Source: Callorhinchus milii
Lineage: Eukaryota
Direction of reading: 5' to 3'
DNA length: 64,000 bases
Assembly (NCBI RefSeq): GCF_018977255.1
Contig: NW_024704742.1
Coordinates: 30,320,001-30,384,000 of the forward strand
Each line of letters starts with the position of its first letter. The stretch's first letter is position 1. Shown piece by piece: positions 12,401 through 24,400 of this stretch. A program made the translations under genes and the position numbers. The notes under the pieces are model-generated. The model searched no databases, had not been told where the DNA came from, and saw only the letters and a program-made list of their open reading frames with translations.

Positions 12401-15400
12401 CTTCTCCCTACCTTTGTAACCTGCTACCTCCACATCGACCTGTCTGCTCCCTTTGCTCAGTAGGCTCTGGCCTGCTCCACATCCCCCGCCTGGTCCACCT
12501 ACCATCAGCAGTCAGGCCTTCTGCCTCCACCCTTTGGAACTCCATCCCACATTCCCTTTGCCTCGCTCCCTCAATTACCTCCTTCAAGGCATGTCTCAAG
12601 ATCTTCCTCTTTGACTGCGCCTTCGGTCACCCTCCTACCCTTACCCTCCTTGCCCACCCACCTCTCCTGACCCTAACTCCGTGCTTGGGTCCAAATCCCT
12701 TGGGACATCCTTCCAACGTGAAAGGCGTTATACAAATGTAATTTGTTGTTGTTGCTTTTGCCAATGAGCAGTGCTGTGTTCTGGGCTCAGCCTGTGAGTA
12801 TGATTAAGAGTCTTATAGGGGTAAAGTATCTACAACAACAACAACAACAATATTCCATTTATAAAGCGCCTTTCACGTCAGGAGGACGTCCCAAGGCGCT
12901 GCACAGTTGGGTCATGACCCGAGCAGGGGGGAAATGGTCAGGGTGAGGGAAGGGAGGGAGCGAGGAGGGGGGAAATGGTCAGGGTGAGGGGAGGGAAGGG
13001 AGGGAGCGAGGAGGGGAAGAGAGTCGAGAGGGGAGCTGAAGGCACGGTCAAAGAGAAAGGTTTTGAGACCGGCCTTGAAGGAGGAAAGGGAGGAAGCGGC
13101 GAAGGCACTGGGGGATGGAGTTCCAGAGCCTCGGGGCTGAGAGGCTGAAGGCCCGACCACCGATGGTAGGGCGGTTGGGGCGGGGGACGTGGAGCAGACC
13201 GGAGCCAGAGGAACGGAGGGTACGGGCAGGTAGGTAGGGGGATAGTAGGTTGGAGAGGTAGGAGGGAGCAAGGCCGTGAATGGCCTTGTAGGTGAGGATG
13301 AGGATCTTGAAATCAATCCTCTGGGGGATGGGGAGCCAGTGGAGGCGAGCGAGGGTGGGAGTGATGTGGTCCCGAAGCCTGGTGCGGGACAGTACACGAG
13401 CTGCAGAGTTCTGAATGACCTGCAGCTTGTGGAGGGAGGTGGCGGGAAGGCCGGCGAGGAGAGAGTTCCCATAGTCCAGCCTTGAGGTGACAAAGGCGTG
13501 GACCAGGGTTTCAGCAGCGTGAGGGGTGAGGTAATGCCGTAGTCTGGCGATGTTCCGGAGGTGATGGAAGGCGGTGCCAGTTGTGGTGCGGATGTGAGGG
13601 AGAAAGGACAGCTCAGGGTCGAACAAAACGCCGAGGTTCCTGACTGGCTTTGAGAGGTGGAGAGTGCAGCCTTGGATGCTGATGGTGTCAGCGCCTGAGG
13701 TGCGGAGGCGCTGACGTGAGCCAATCAGGAGGGCCTCGGTTTTTCGCACGTTGAGCTGAAGAAAGTTGTCTCTCGTCCAGGACTCGATGTCGGACAGGCA
13801 GCTGTCAGGACATCGGTGGTCGTGGAGTTGAGAGTAGAGGAGGAAAGGTAGAGTTGGGTGTCATCCGCATACATGTGGAAGTTAACTCCATGTCTGCGGA
13901 TGATGTCACCGAGGGGGAGCATATAGAGGGTGAAGAGGAGGGGACCGAGGACAGAGCCCTGAGGGACACCACATGAGACAGTGCGGGGGGTGGAGGAGAA
14001 GCCATTCGTCGAGACGAAGTGAAGACGGTGAGAAAGGTACGACCTAAACCATTCAAGGACAGTGCCTTGAAGGTTGAGGTGGGAGGACAAGCGGTGGAGT
14101 AGGATAGCGTGGTCGACCGTATCGAATGCTGCCGATAGGTCGAGGAGGACGAGGAGACAGAGGGAGCCCTGGTCACAGATGGTCAGGATATCATTGGTGA
14201 CCTTGACCAGGGCAGTTTCTGTGCTATGGGCAGCACGGAAACCTGACTGAAGGGGTTCGAAAAGAGAATGGGTGGAAAGGAAAGAGCGCAGTTGGGAGGC
14301 GACAACTCTTTCCAAGACCTTGGAGAGAAAGGGGAGGTTGGAGATGGGCCGGTAGCTTGATAGCTGCGACGCATCAAGGGAGGGTTTTTTCAGGGTGGGC
14401 GTGATGATGGCAGTTTTTAATGGAATGGGGACAGAGCCAGAGGAGAGGGACAGGTTGATGATGTCAGTGATATGTGGGGCAAGAAAGTGGAGCTGGGAGA
14501 TAAGGAGTGGAGTGGGGATGGGGTCAAGGGAGCAGGTGGTTGGTTTTAGGGATAGGATGAGTTCAGTGACAGAGGGTGGGGAAACGGGTACGAAGGTGTG
14601 TAGGGGAGGATGGGTAGGAGTCGGAGTGTGGGAGGGAAGGGGTGGGTGGTGGGTGGAAGTTGGAGGGGAAGTGACCGCGGAGCGGATTCCCTTGATCTTG
14701 GATTCAAGGAAATCCAGCATCTCCTCGCAGTGAAGGTTGGAGGAGATGACCTGCGCGGGGTGGCGGGGGGGACGGAGGAGTCGGGTTGTGGTGGAAAACA
14801 GTAGCCTGGGGTTGTTCTTCGCCTCCAGGATTATCCTGGAGTAGAAGGACGACTTGGCCGAGGCTAGAGTGGAGCGGTAAATTTTGAGGAGGTCCAGCCA
14901 GATTTGTCGGTGGACCGTTAGGCCAGATTTGACACAGGTGCGTTCAGCAGCCCGCACCTGGCTTTTCAGTGAGCGGAGGTGGGTGGTGTACCAGGGGGAG
15001 GAGCGGGAGTAGGAGACAGTGCGGGAAGTGATGGGGGCAAGAGTATCGAGTGTGGAGGAGAGGGTATTGTGGAGGAGGGAGAGAGGAGAAGAGGGGTCGG
15101 TGAGGGTTGAAGGCCAGAGGGAGAGGAGTTCAGAGGACTCCAAGGCATCGGTTAGGGATTGTGGGGGTAACTTCTTCCAAGGGCGGTAGAAGATGGTGGT
15201 GGGTCTGGTGGAGGTGGGGAGGGGGGTGGAGGTGGTGAAGGAGATGAAGTAGTGGTCAGAGATGGCCTTGTCGGTAATAGTGACATCCGAGACACTGAGG
15301 CCCCGGGTGATCACCAAATCGAGTGGGTGGCCGTGACTGTGAGTGGGGGAGTTTATGTGTAAGGAGAGGTTGAGTGAGGAGAGCAGGGAAGAGAAGTCTG

Positions 15401-18400
15401 TGGAGATGGAGCAGGAGGGGGTGAAGTGTAGGTTAAAGTCGCCCAGGATGATGAGGCGATCGGAGCAGAGGCAAAGAGATGTGAGGAGTGTTGAAATGTC
15501 AGAGATGAAGGTGGGAGAGGTTTTAGGGGGCCGGTAGAGGAGGAGGATTTTAAGGGAGAGGAATGAGGGGTGGGAGAGGGTGAGGTGCTCAAAGGAGGGG
15601 AAAGAGCCAGTGGAGTAGGGGGATAGGGCAAGTGGTGTCCTTGAGATAAGGGCAACACCACCGCCACGGCGGTTGGGGCGGGGGATGTGGTGGGAGGTGT
15701 AGCCGGGTGGCGTGGCCTCCGTGAGGGGGAAGGTGTCGCCTGGGGTGAGCCAGGTTTCTGTTAAGGCCATGATATCAACGTTCTCATCAAGGATGAGATC
15801 GTTGATGACCAGGGCCTTGTTGCAGAGGGAGCGGACATTTTGCAGTCCGATGTGGAGGGAGCGGTTGACAGAAGGGTGTGTGGGAGGGGAGGGGGGTCCA
15901 GGTTGTGAGGCAGGGGTGGGGGGAATGGGGATGAGGGAGGAGAGGTTGACTCCCCGGGTCTGTGTCCGGGGTGGTGGCGAGTGTGGTGGGGAATGGGGCA
16001 GTCGGTGTGGCTGCTGCTGGACAGCCAACGCCGAGTGCCGCGGTGAGCCCGGCGGAGGATTCCCAGACTGGAGCAGAGGGAGGTTGTGGGAGGGTCAAGT
16101 GGGGATAGAAGACGAGAGGGACGGAGAGAGAGGAGGAGAGAGCGGGAGAGATGCAGAGGGGGGAGGGTTTGGGGGGAGAGAGGAAGGGGGCGGGAGGGAG
16201 GGGGTGAGGGGGCTCGGGTCAAAGCGGCAGCCATAGTGCGCACGCGGGGACCGGGAGCGAGCGGTCAGGTGGATGGCATTATCCCGCAGAGTCCTGTAGC
16301 TCAGTGGTTAGAGCACTCGCTTTGCAAGTGAGAGACCTGAGTTCAATTCCAGGCAGAGGGCGAAACCTTGGGCAAGTTTCCTTACTCCACACAGAGCCTA
16401 ATAATAATCCCTCCAAAACCAAAAACAATAATAAATTGGTCATTTTCAATCTACGACTGCTTGTGGGACATTGCTGTGCGCAATTGGCTGCCGCGTTCGC
16501 CCACAAATATACAGTCAATTCACTTTACTGTGTGTTCTGTGAAGCGCTTTGGGATGTCCTCCTGACATGAAAAGCGCTATATCAAATGCAAGGATTATTA
16601 TTATTATTATTATAGATTGGGGCAGCGAACGCAACAGGACCATAGTGGGCTCTGATGTGAGCCCTGGGGGAGGTGGGGGGCGCAGAGGGTCTATTTATTT
16701 ATTTATTTATTTATTTTTTGCGCGCGCACTCACCTGAAAACTAATCTGTGACGTCGCAGTTCCCCCGCTCCGCCCCCACACCGCCCCCCCCCCCCCCCCC
16801 CCGGGTCTGAACTCACTCCGGCGTCGAGTTTAAGTACCTGGGTCAGTAGGCCCAGGCTCCTCCCCGCGCTGTCCTGCCGCCGCTCCCCGACTGGCTGAAC
16901 TCGCTCCGGCGTCGAGTTTAAGTACCTGGGTCAGTAGGCCCAGGCTCAGGCTCAGTAGGCCCAGGCTCCTCCCCGCGCTGTCCTGCCGCCGCTCCCCGAT
17001 CTAGCGCTTATAGTATTTCTCTTGGGTTAAGTAACAGTTTTGTAGCGTGAATGTGAAGGGAAACAAGCCTCTGACAGTTATAGCAGCTCTCATCAGATTG
17101 AAGCATTTGAAAATGCGAATGACTAGCAGGGAAATGCAGAGATTTAAAGGTGTTCAGCAAAGGTTGAGACCTTGGTCACCAATGGTGAAATAAGCTATAG
17201 ACCAGGGTTGAACTGGCCCAGGGTATGGCCTGGAATAGGGCTGGAAAAGATCGCAGAAGCAGGGTGGGACAAGACCATTTGTAGACCAGGTCAAGGATCT
17301 TAAGCACGTTCTTCTGAGGTGCTGGGATCCCATCGACATTGGTGGGAATGAGCTTTGAGCGGAAGAGTATAAGGGCTGCAGAGTTCATGCAAAAAGACTG
17401 AAAACATATGCATGTGTGTTGATCACGTGGAATAAGTGGAAACAATGGAAAGTTCAGATAACCTGTTTTCTCAGAATGCAGGAAGGAAGCCATTTAATTT
17501 GGAAGTTGCTATAACTGTGGAGTCCTGTAGCTTATTGTTTGGAGCATTCGCCTCGCAAGCGAGAAGACCTGGATTCCATTCCTGTGCAGGGTGAAATGTT
17601 AGCCAAATTTCCTTACTCCAGAACACCTAGCAGTAAATAGGAACCCGGTTGTTTGTCGAATGGTGGATTGCTTTTCCGGGGGTAATAATCCCTTCAAAAA
17701 TAAATAAATAAATACATAATAATAATTTGGTCACTGAATCCATGACTGTGTTTGGGATACTGCTGTACGCAATTCACTTGACAGTATATTCTGCGAAGCT
17801 CTTCGAGACCTCTCAAAGTCGTGATGCGGCACATTATCAAATGCAAGGATTATTATTATCAAATGCAAGGATTATTATTAAATGCAAGGATTATTATTAT
17901 TACAGCTATTTTTGAGGTGTTGCCTTTCAGCAAAAGCTATTAATTGGTGTTTATATTTGCCTGTTCAGATACTCAAGATCCCATGGTACTATTTTTGAAG
18001 GACAGAGCAACTTCCTGGTTTCCTCGCTAGTAGCTTTACTTCATTGAAATTCATCTGCAAAAAGCCGATTCAGTTTAGTTGAATAGCAATTTCAGGATGG
18101 ACACAGAAATTGTTTCTTTAAATGGAGGAACAGAAGTGTTGTTGAAATGCAGTGATTCTGTATTAGGAGATACTACTAGCCTCTGAGTTACTGCCAGGGA
18201 ATCATTATTAATCATTCAGCTTGCAAAATGCCTTTTTTTAACCCAATTTCTACAGCAACAACTTGTATTAATACAGCACCATTCACACAGGATAGTGTAT
18301 CAGAGTGCTATACACTGGCAGGGTTGGACATCGAGTAAGGGAAGGGGAGAAGAAGGAGGCGATATGGTCGTGATCCAAGAAGTACATTTTAAGGAGAGTA

Positions 18401-21400
18401 TTAAAGGTGGATAAAGAGGGGATGAGGTGTTTGCCTGCCATGTTTCGCCCCCATAATATGTGGAGTCCTGTAGCTCAGTGGTTAGAGCACTCGCTTTGCA
18501 AGTGAGAGACCTGAGTTCATTTCCAGGCAGGGCGAAACCTTGGGCAAGTTTCCTTACTCCACACGCCTAATAATAATCCCTCCAAAAAAACAAAAACAAT
18601 AATAAATTGGTCATTTTCAATCTACGACTGTTTGTGGGACATTGCTGTGCGCAATTGGCTGCCGCGTTCGCCCACAAATATACAGTCAATTCACTTTACA
18701 GTGTGTTCTGTGAAGCGCTTTGGGACGTCCTCCTGACGTGAAAAGCGCTATATCAAATGCAAGGATTATTAATATACATTCAATTGACTTTACAGTATAT
18801 TTTGTGAAGAGCTTTCAGATGTCTCAAATATGTGATAAGAAGCTATATAAAATGCAAGAATTATTATATTATTATTATATATCAGCAGTGAGACTGAGGA
18901 TGAGCAACTCTCATCTGAACTGCGGTCCTGTGTCGTGCAGTGGCAACAGGATTCAACGAAATCTAGTTTAATCTGCAGATAGAAAATATTAAATATGGGT
19001 TGAATCTATGAGTACAAAATATTAAATGTGGAATGTATCTTTAAATGGAAAACTGTTCTCCCCAAGTATTTTTCCATCCCGCTCCCGCCTGGTCAGGTGC
19101 AGCCTATCCCAAGGGTCCATTCCTGACCCCCTTCTTTTCCTTATTGACATGCTCCGTCTCTGCGATATCATCCGCAGATGTGAGGTCAACTTCCACAAAT
19201 ATGTGTTGACTCCCAAATCTGCTACTCATACAGCTGCTATCCATTTCCACTGATGTTCTGTCAGCTTGTTTGTCAGACATTAAGACCTGGATGATTGTAA
19301 ATGTCCTGCAGTTGAATGTCGACAAGACGGAAACCATGCTTCTCGCCTCCCGTCAACGTCTTCGTTCCTGCAGCTCTGACCTCCTCGACAGTCAATTCAC
19401 TTTACAGTTTTTCTATGAAGCGCTTTGAGACGTCTAGAAGACGTGAAAAGTGCTATATCTAATGCAAGGATTATTATTATATTATTAAAAAAGGAATTTT
19501 TTCTTTTACTGATTACTATGTATCTTTTTTTTCTGCAGAGACACGTGAAGCGGGTTTGTTTCTGCTGTTATCTCAACCTTACATTGGACGTTTTCACCTT
19601 TATAAACACTGAGGCTGGGCTTTGTCTACTTTTGCTATGGTAATATTTTAAATGTTTATTTATTATATCGTAAAAGGCAATATAAATGTTCACCCAAACT
19701 ATATAAAATCTTTCATTTGCTGAAAAGGTAACATAATGCTTTCATCTGTAAAATCAGGAAACATTGCTGTTAAAATTTTAAAACCCGGCTATTATTTAAT
19801 AATATTGATTATCATTATTATTATTATTATCAAATGCAGTATTGGCTTTCTGTCATCCTTGTAGATAATATTAATTTTTAAATATTTAAACCTCTCCCCC
19901 CCAATTTATCAGTCTCTTTTAGATGTACTATATGTAACTCTAGTTCAAAGCTGTACACTGTTATACATGGAGAAGAGACCGTTTGATGACCCCTTGTTTC
20001 AAGAATGCAAGTTAACATTTTTACTGTCATATTATTTCTGTAAGAAATAGATTGATGGAATCTTGCAACCGTTTATATATTTCGCATCTGAAATGCGTAA
20101 TGGTTGAACCCTTCATGGTTCTGGCCATGAATGGTTCAGATCGTACCTCTCACACCACCTCCACTTCATCTCCACAAACGGTTTCTCCTCTAACTTCTGC
20201 ACCGTCTTGTGCGGCATTCCTCAGGGCTCTGTCCTTGGTTCCCTCCTCTTCAATATCTATATACTCCCTCTTGGTGACATCATCCGCACACATGGGGTAT
20301 CAGCTTCCACATGTATGCGGATGAGACCAAATTGTACCATCCTTGACTCCAGGACCACTGCTGTCCTGACAGAATGTCTATCAGACATCAAGTCCTGGAT
20401 GAGAACTAACTTTCTACAGTTGAACGTCAACAAGACCGAGGCTCTCCTGATTGGTTCCGGTCAGCGCCTCCTCACCTCAGGGGCTGACAGCATCACCATC
20501 CAACGATGCACACTCCACCTTACTGAGCCAGTCCGGAACTTTGGCATCTTGTTTGACCCTCAACTATCCTTTCTACCCCACATGTCTGCTATGACCTGCT
20601 CTGCCTTCCCCCACCTCTGCAACATCGCCCGGCTCCGCCATTGTCTTAAACTGCAGGCCGCCAAAACCCAGATACACACATTCATACCATCAAGGCTTGA
20701 CTATGAAAACTCCCTGCTTGTTGGCCTCCCCAACTCCTCCCTCCATAGGCAAATCATCCAGAACTCTGCAACCCGTGTCTTCTCCCATACCAGGCTCCAT
20801 GACCCTATCACACCATCCTCGCCCGACTACACTGGCTTCCAATCACACAGAGGATACAGTTCAAGATCCTGTTCCTCACCTTCAAAACCCTCTATCGCCT
20901 GGCTCCCCCCTACCTCTGCGACCTCCTAACCCCCTACCATCTTGCCGGCTCCCTCTGCTCAGCGGTCTCCGGCTTGCTTCACATCCCCCGCCTCGCCCGT
21001 CCCAGCATTGGCGGGGGGGCCTTTAGCCACTCTACCCCCACCCTCTGGAACTCTGTCCCTCAGTCCCTCTGTCTCGCTGCCTCCCTTGCCTCCTTCAAGA
21101 CCCATTTCAAGACCTCATCAACCATGCTTTCAATCACCCTACTTTTGCCCAGAAAAATACTTTTACATGCACCAAGACAGAACAAGAGGACAAAGGTTTG
21201 GAGTTGCAAGGGGCAATTTCGGGTTAGAGGCGAGGAAGTATTTCTTTATTCAGTGGCTAATCAATGAATAACCAAAATCATCGAAACTACAATTATGATC
21301 CTCTGTCAGAACTATATGTAAAAACCTGCTGCGGATGTGTTGTGGTATGAATGGAAATCAATTCAGAATTAGTTTAATCAAAATGTTCCTTTAAAACGTT

Positions 21401-24400
21401 GCAGCTGATCTCTGGAAAGTCATTTGTCACAGTGGCTGTTTAGAGTATGGAAGTCCAATCTTTTGCTGCCTAGGGTTGGATGCTCTATTTAAGAAGTGAC
21501 CGTAGGACACACAAGCAATATTTTTGTATTTCCCATTTAAGGGCTATAGAAGGAGCAGGTGGGCCAGATGATATGGAGGAAGAGGGGGGACCCGGATCAA
21601 TCTGGCCCATGGATAAAACCAGTTGGACCAATCTGGTTTAGAGTAACATTAAGTAAAACTAACCAGCTGGCAGATATTTAACAAAAGCTACACTGTGTGG
21701 TACTAATCAGCAGTTGTTTGACTCTGGCCAGCTGGAGTTTGGCATTGGCTAGAGAGAGTTTGATCTGGTTAATGGGAATTTAGCACTGGCTCGTGAGTGT
21801 TTGGCACTGGTCAGTTTTACAACAACAATAAAATTACATTTGTATAGTGCCTTTCATGTCGGGAGGATGTCCCAAGGCGCTAGACAATCAGCGTTTCGGA
21901 CTTGAGCTGGGGGTTGGGATTGGGGAGGGTTGAGAGCAGGGGAACAAGGAGGGTGACTGAAGGCACGATCGAAGAGGAGGGTCTTGAGACGGGTCTTGAA
22001 GGAGGCAAGGGAGGCGGCAGGGCGAAGGGGCTGTGGGATGGAGTTCCAGAGGGTAGGGACAGAGTGGCAGAAGGTCTGCCCGTCAATGGTAGGACGGACG
22101 AGACGGGGACGTGAAGCAGTCTATAGCCCACTGAGTGGTGGGAGTGGGCAGGTTGGTAGGTGGTTAGAAGGTCACAGAGGTAGGGGGGAGCAAGACCATG
22201 GAGGCCTTTGAAGGTGAGGGCCAGAATCTTGAACTGTATCCTCTGTGTGATGGGAAGCCAGTGGAGTCAGGCGAGGATGGGGGTGATAGGGTCGCGGATC
22301 CTGGTGTGGGAGAGGACACAGGCTGCAGAGTTCTGGATGATCTGCAGCCTATGGAGGGAGGAGTTGGGGAGGCTGACAAGCAGTGAGTTTGCATAGTCGA
22401 GCCTGGATGTTATGAATGCGTGTATGAGGGTCTCAGCGGCCTGTGGTGGGAGACAGTGGCAGAGCCCGGCGATGTTGCGGAGGTGGGGGACATGGCCACA
22501 TATGTGGAATAGAAATGATAGTTGAGGGTCAAACAAGGTTCTGGACTGGCTTAGTAAGGTGGAGTATGCATCTTTGGATGGTGATGATGTTAATGCCTGA
22601 GTTATGGAGGTGCTGACGGGAGCCAATCAGGAGAGCCTCGGTCTTGTTGACATTCAACTGTAGAAAGTTAGCTCTCATCCAGGACTTGATGTCTGACAGA
22701 CATTCTGTCAGAACAGCAGTGGTCCTGGAGTCGAGGGTGGAGGCAGAGAGATCTCTATTGGGTGTCATCCGCATACATGTGAAAATTGACCCCATGTCTG
22801 CAGATGATGTTACCAAGAGGGAGCATATAGATATTGAAAAGGAGGGGACCAAGGACAGAGCCCTGAGGACCTCTCTATGAGATGGTGCGGGGGCTAGAGG
22901 AGAAGCCATTTGTGGAGATGAAGTGGAGACGATGTGAGAGGTGGGATCTGAACCATTCAAGAAAAGAACCATGAAGGTTGAGGTGAGAGGAGAGGCGGTT
23001 GAGGAGTATAGAGTGGTCAACGGCATCGAAGGCAGCAGGGAGGTCCAGGAAGACGAGGAGGCAGAGGGAGCCATGTTTGCAGATGGGCAAAATGTCATTT
23101 GTCACTTTGACCAAAGCTATTTCTGCGCTATGGGCAGCACAGAAACCCAAATGAAGGGGTTTGTGAAGGGAGTGCAGGAGAGGAAGGAGCAAAGCTGGTA
23201 AGCAACGACTCGTTCCAGGACCTTGGGGAGAAAATGGAGGTTGGAGACGGGGGCAGTAGTTTGAGAGCATGGATGGGTCCAGGGTTTGTTTTTGAAGGAT
23301 AGGAGTGATGATAGCCATTTTTAGAGAGGGTGGGAATGGTGCCAGTGGACAGAGAGAGGTTAATGATGTCTGTGAGTAGTGGGGGGGCAAGGAGGTGGAG
23401 ATGGGAGGTAAAGAGAGGGATAGGGACTCCTTGATAGCTGTCAAGGAGTTTTAGCAACATAAACTGGACAAACCATTTGCGGTATTTAGATGAAGGTTAT
23501 AATGAACTGCGGAACAAGATGGGAATAGCTGTGTCCGTAAAGTTTATTTTTATTTGTAATCTGAGCAAGATAGGTGTCAAGGAGGGGAAACACCTCATGA
23601 CATTATTAGCTGTAAAGAGAAGCAGTTTTCTTTTAGTCACTGCCAGAGAGAGGATCTAAAGCATTCTCAGATCTAACTGTTCTTGGCATATTACATCCAG
23701 CTCTGTTAGTTACATTAGCTGAGCAATTTGAACTTTGACTCCTCGATTTGACCATCGGCGGACGTGCCTTCAGCCTCTTTGCCCACATCCTTTACAGCCC
23801 CATCCCACAGACCCTTCACCTCGCTTCTTCCATTTCCTCCTTCAAGGCCCAGCTCAAGACTCTCCTCTTTTACCATGCCTTCAGTTATCCTCCCTGCCCC
23901 ACACCCCTTCTGATCCCAACCTCCAGCTTGGATTCAAAAGTGGATGGGAGAGGAGAGGAGATCGAGGATGATGCAATAGCTGACATTGTCAAAGCCATGA
24001 AAGCTATCTGTGTTCTGTGCTTTTTTTAATTAGTGGGAGGGTGTGTAGTAATTGACACTTACTTCACAAGATAACAAAATTGGTCTGAATGAAGAAAGTT
24101 CTTTGTTTACCTGATCTCATCCCTCCACCCTAATGTCTCCACATCACTGCATCAAGCTGCTTTTTAAATGAGTCCAATGTCCTGACCTCTACACCCCTCC
24201 TAGGCAACCTGTTCTAGTCGTAAACAAAAAGGTTTCCTGGTGTCTGACTTGAAGTTGCCCTTTACAACTCTAAACCTATGTCCTCTTGTCCTGTGGTTAA
24301 GATACATCCCAAAATATTGATCCGTGTTTATTTTTTCAGTGTTGTACACATGATTATCAGTGTGGCTTTTATCATGGTTTGAATGGTGCTGCGCAACTCG

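Larger units (their letters stand above)
12833..16998 (-). mobile_element. Near full-length L2-clade LINE (single APE-RT ORF), antisense in IL15 intron 1
   Basis: (TTG)n tail at the left end, TSD ATCTA (12828-12832 and 16999-17003), APE motifs (LQNVRSL, ALTETWL, GDFN, LDLV, SDH), RT motifs ([33 protein letters not shown]) and L2 C-terminus ([16 protein letters not shown]). Confidence 0.95.

Noticed and set aside
16288..16362. tRNA-Ala(TGC)-like gene (also at 18462, 52505, 59255, 60093)
   Set aside because: Each runs directly into the SINE body and tail; these are SINE heads, not tRNA genes.
18707..18715. TTCTGTGAA (TTCN3GAA, GAS-like) in SINE copies
   Set aside because: A weak STAT match that is part of a high-copy consensus; no locus-specific evidence.
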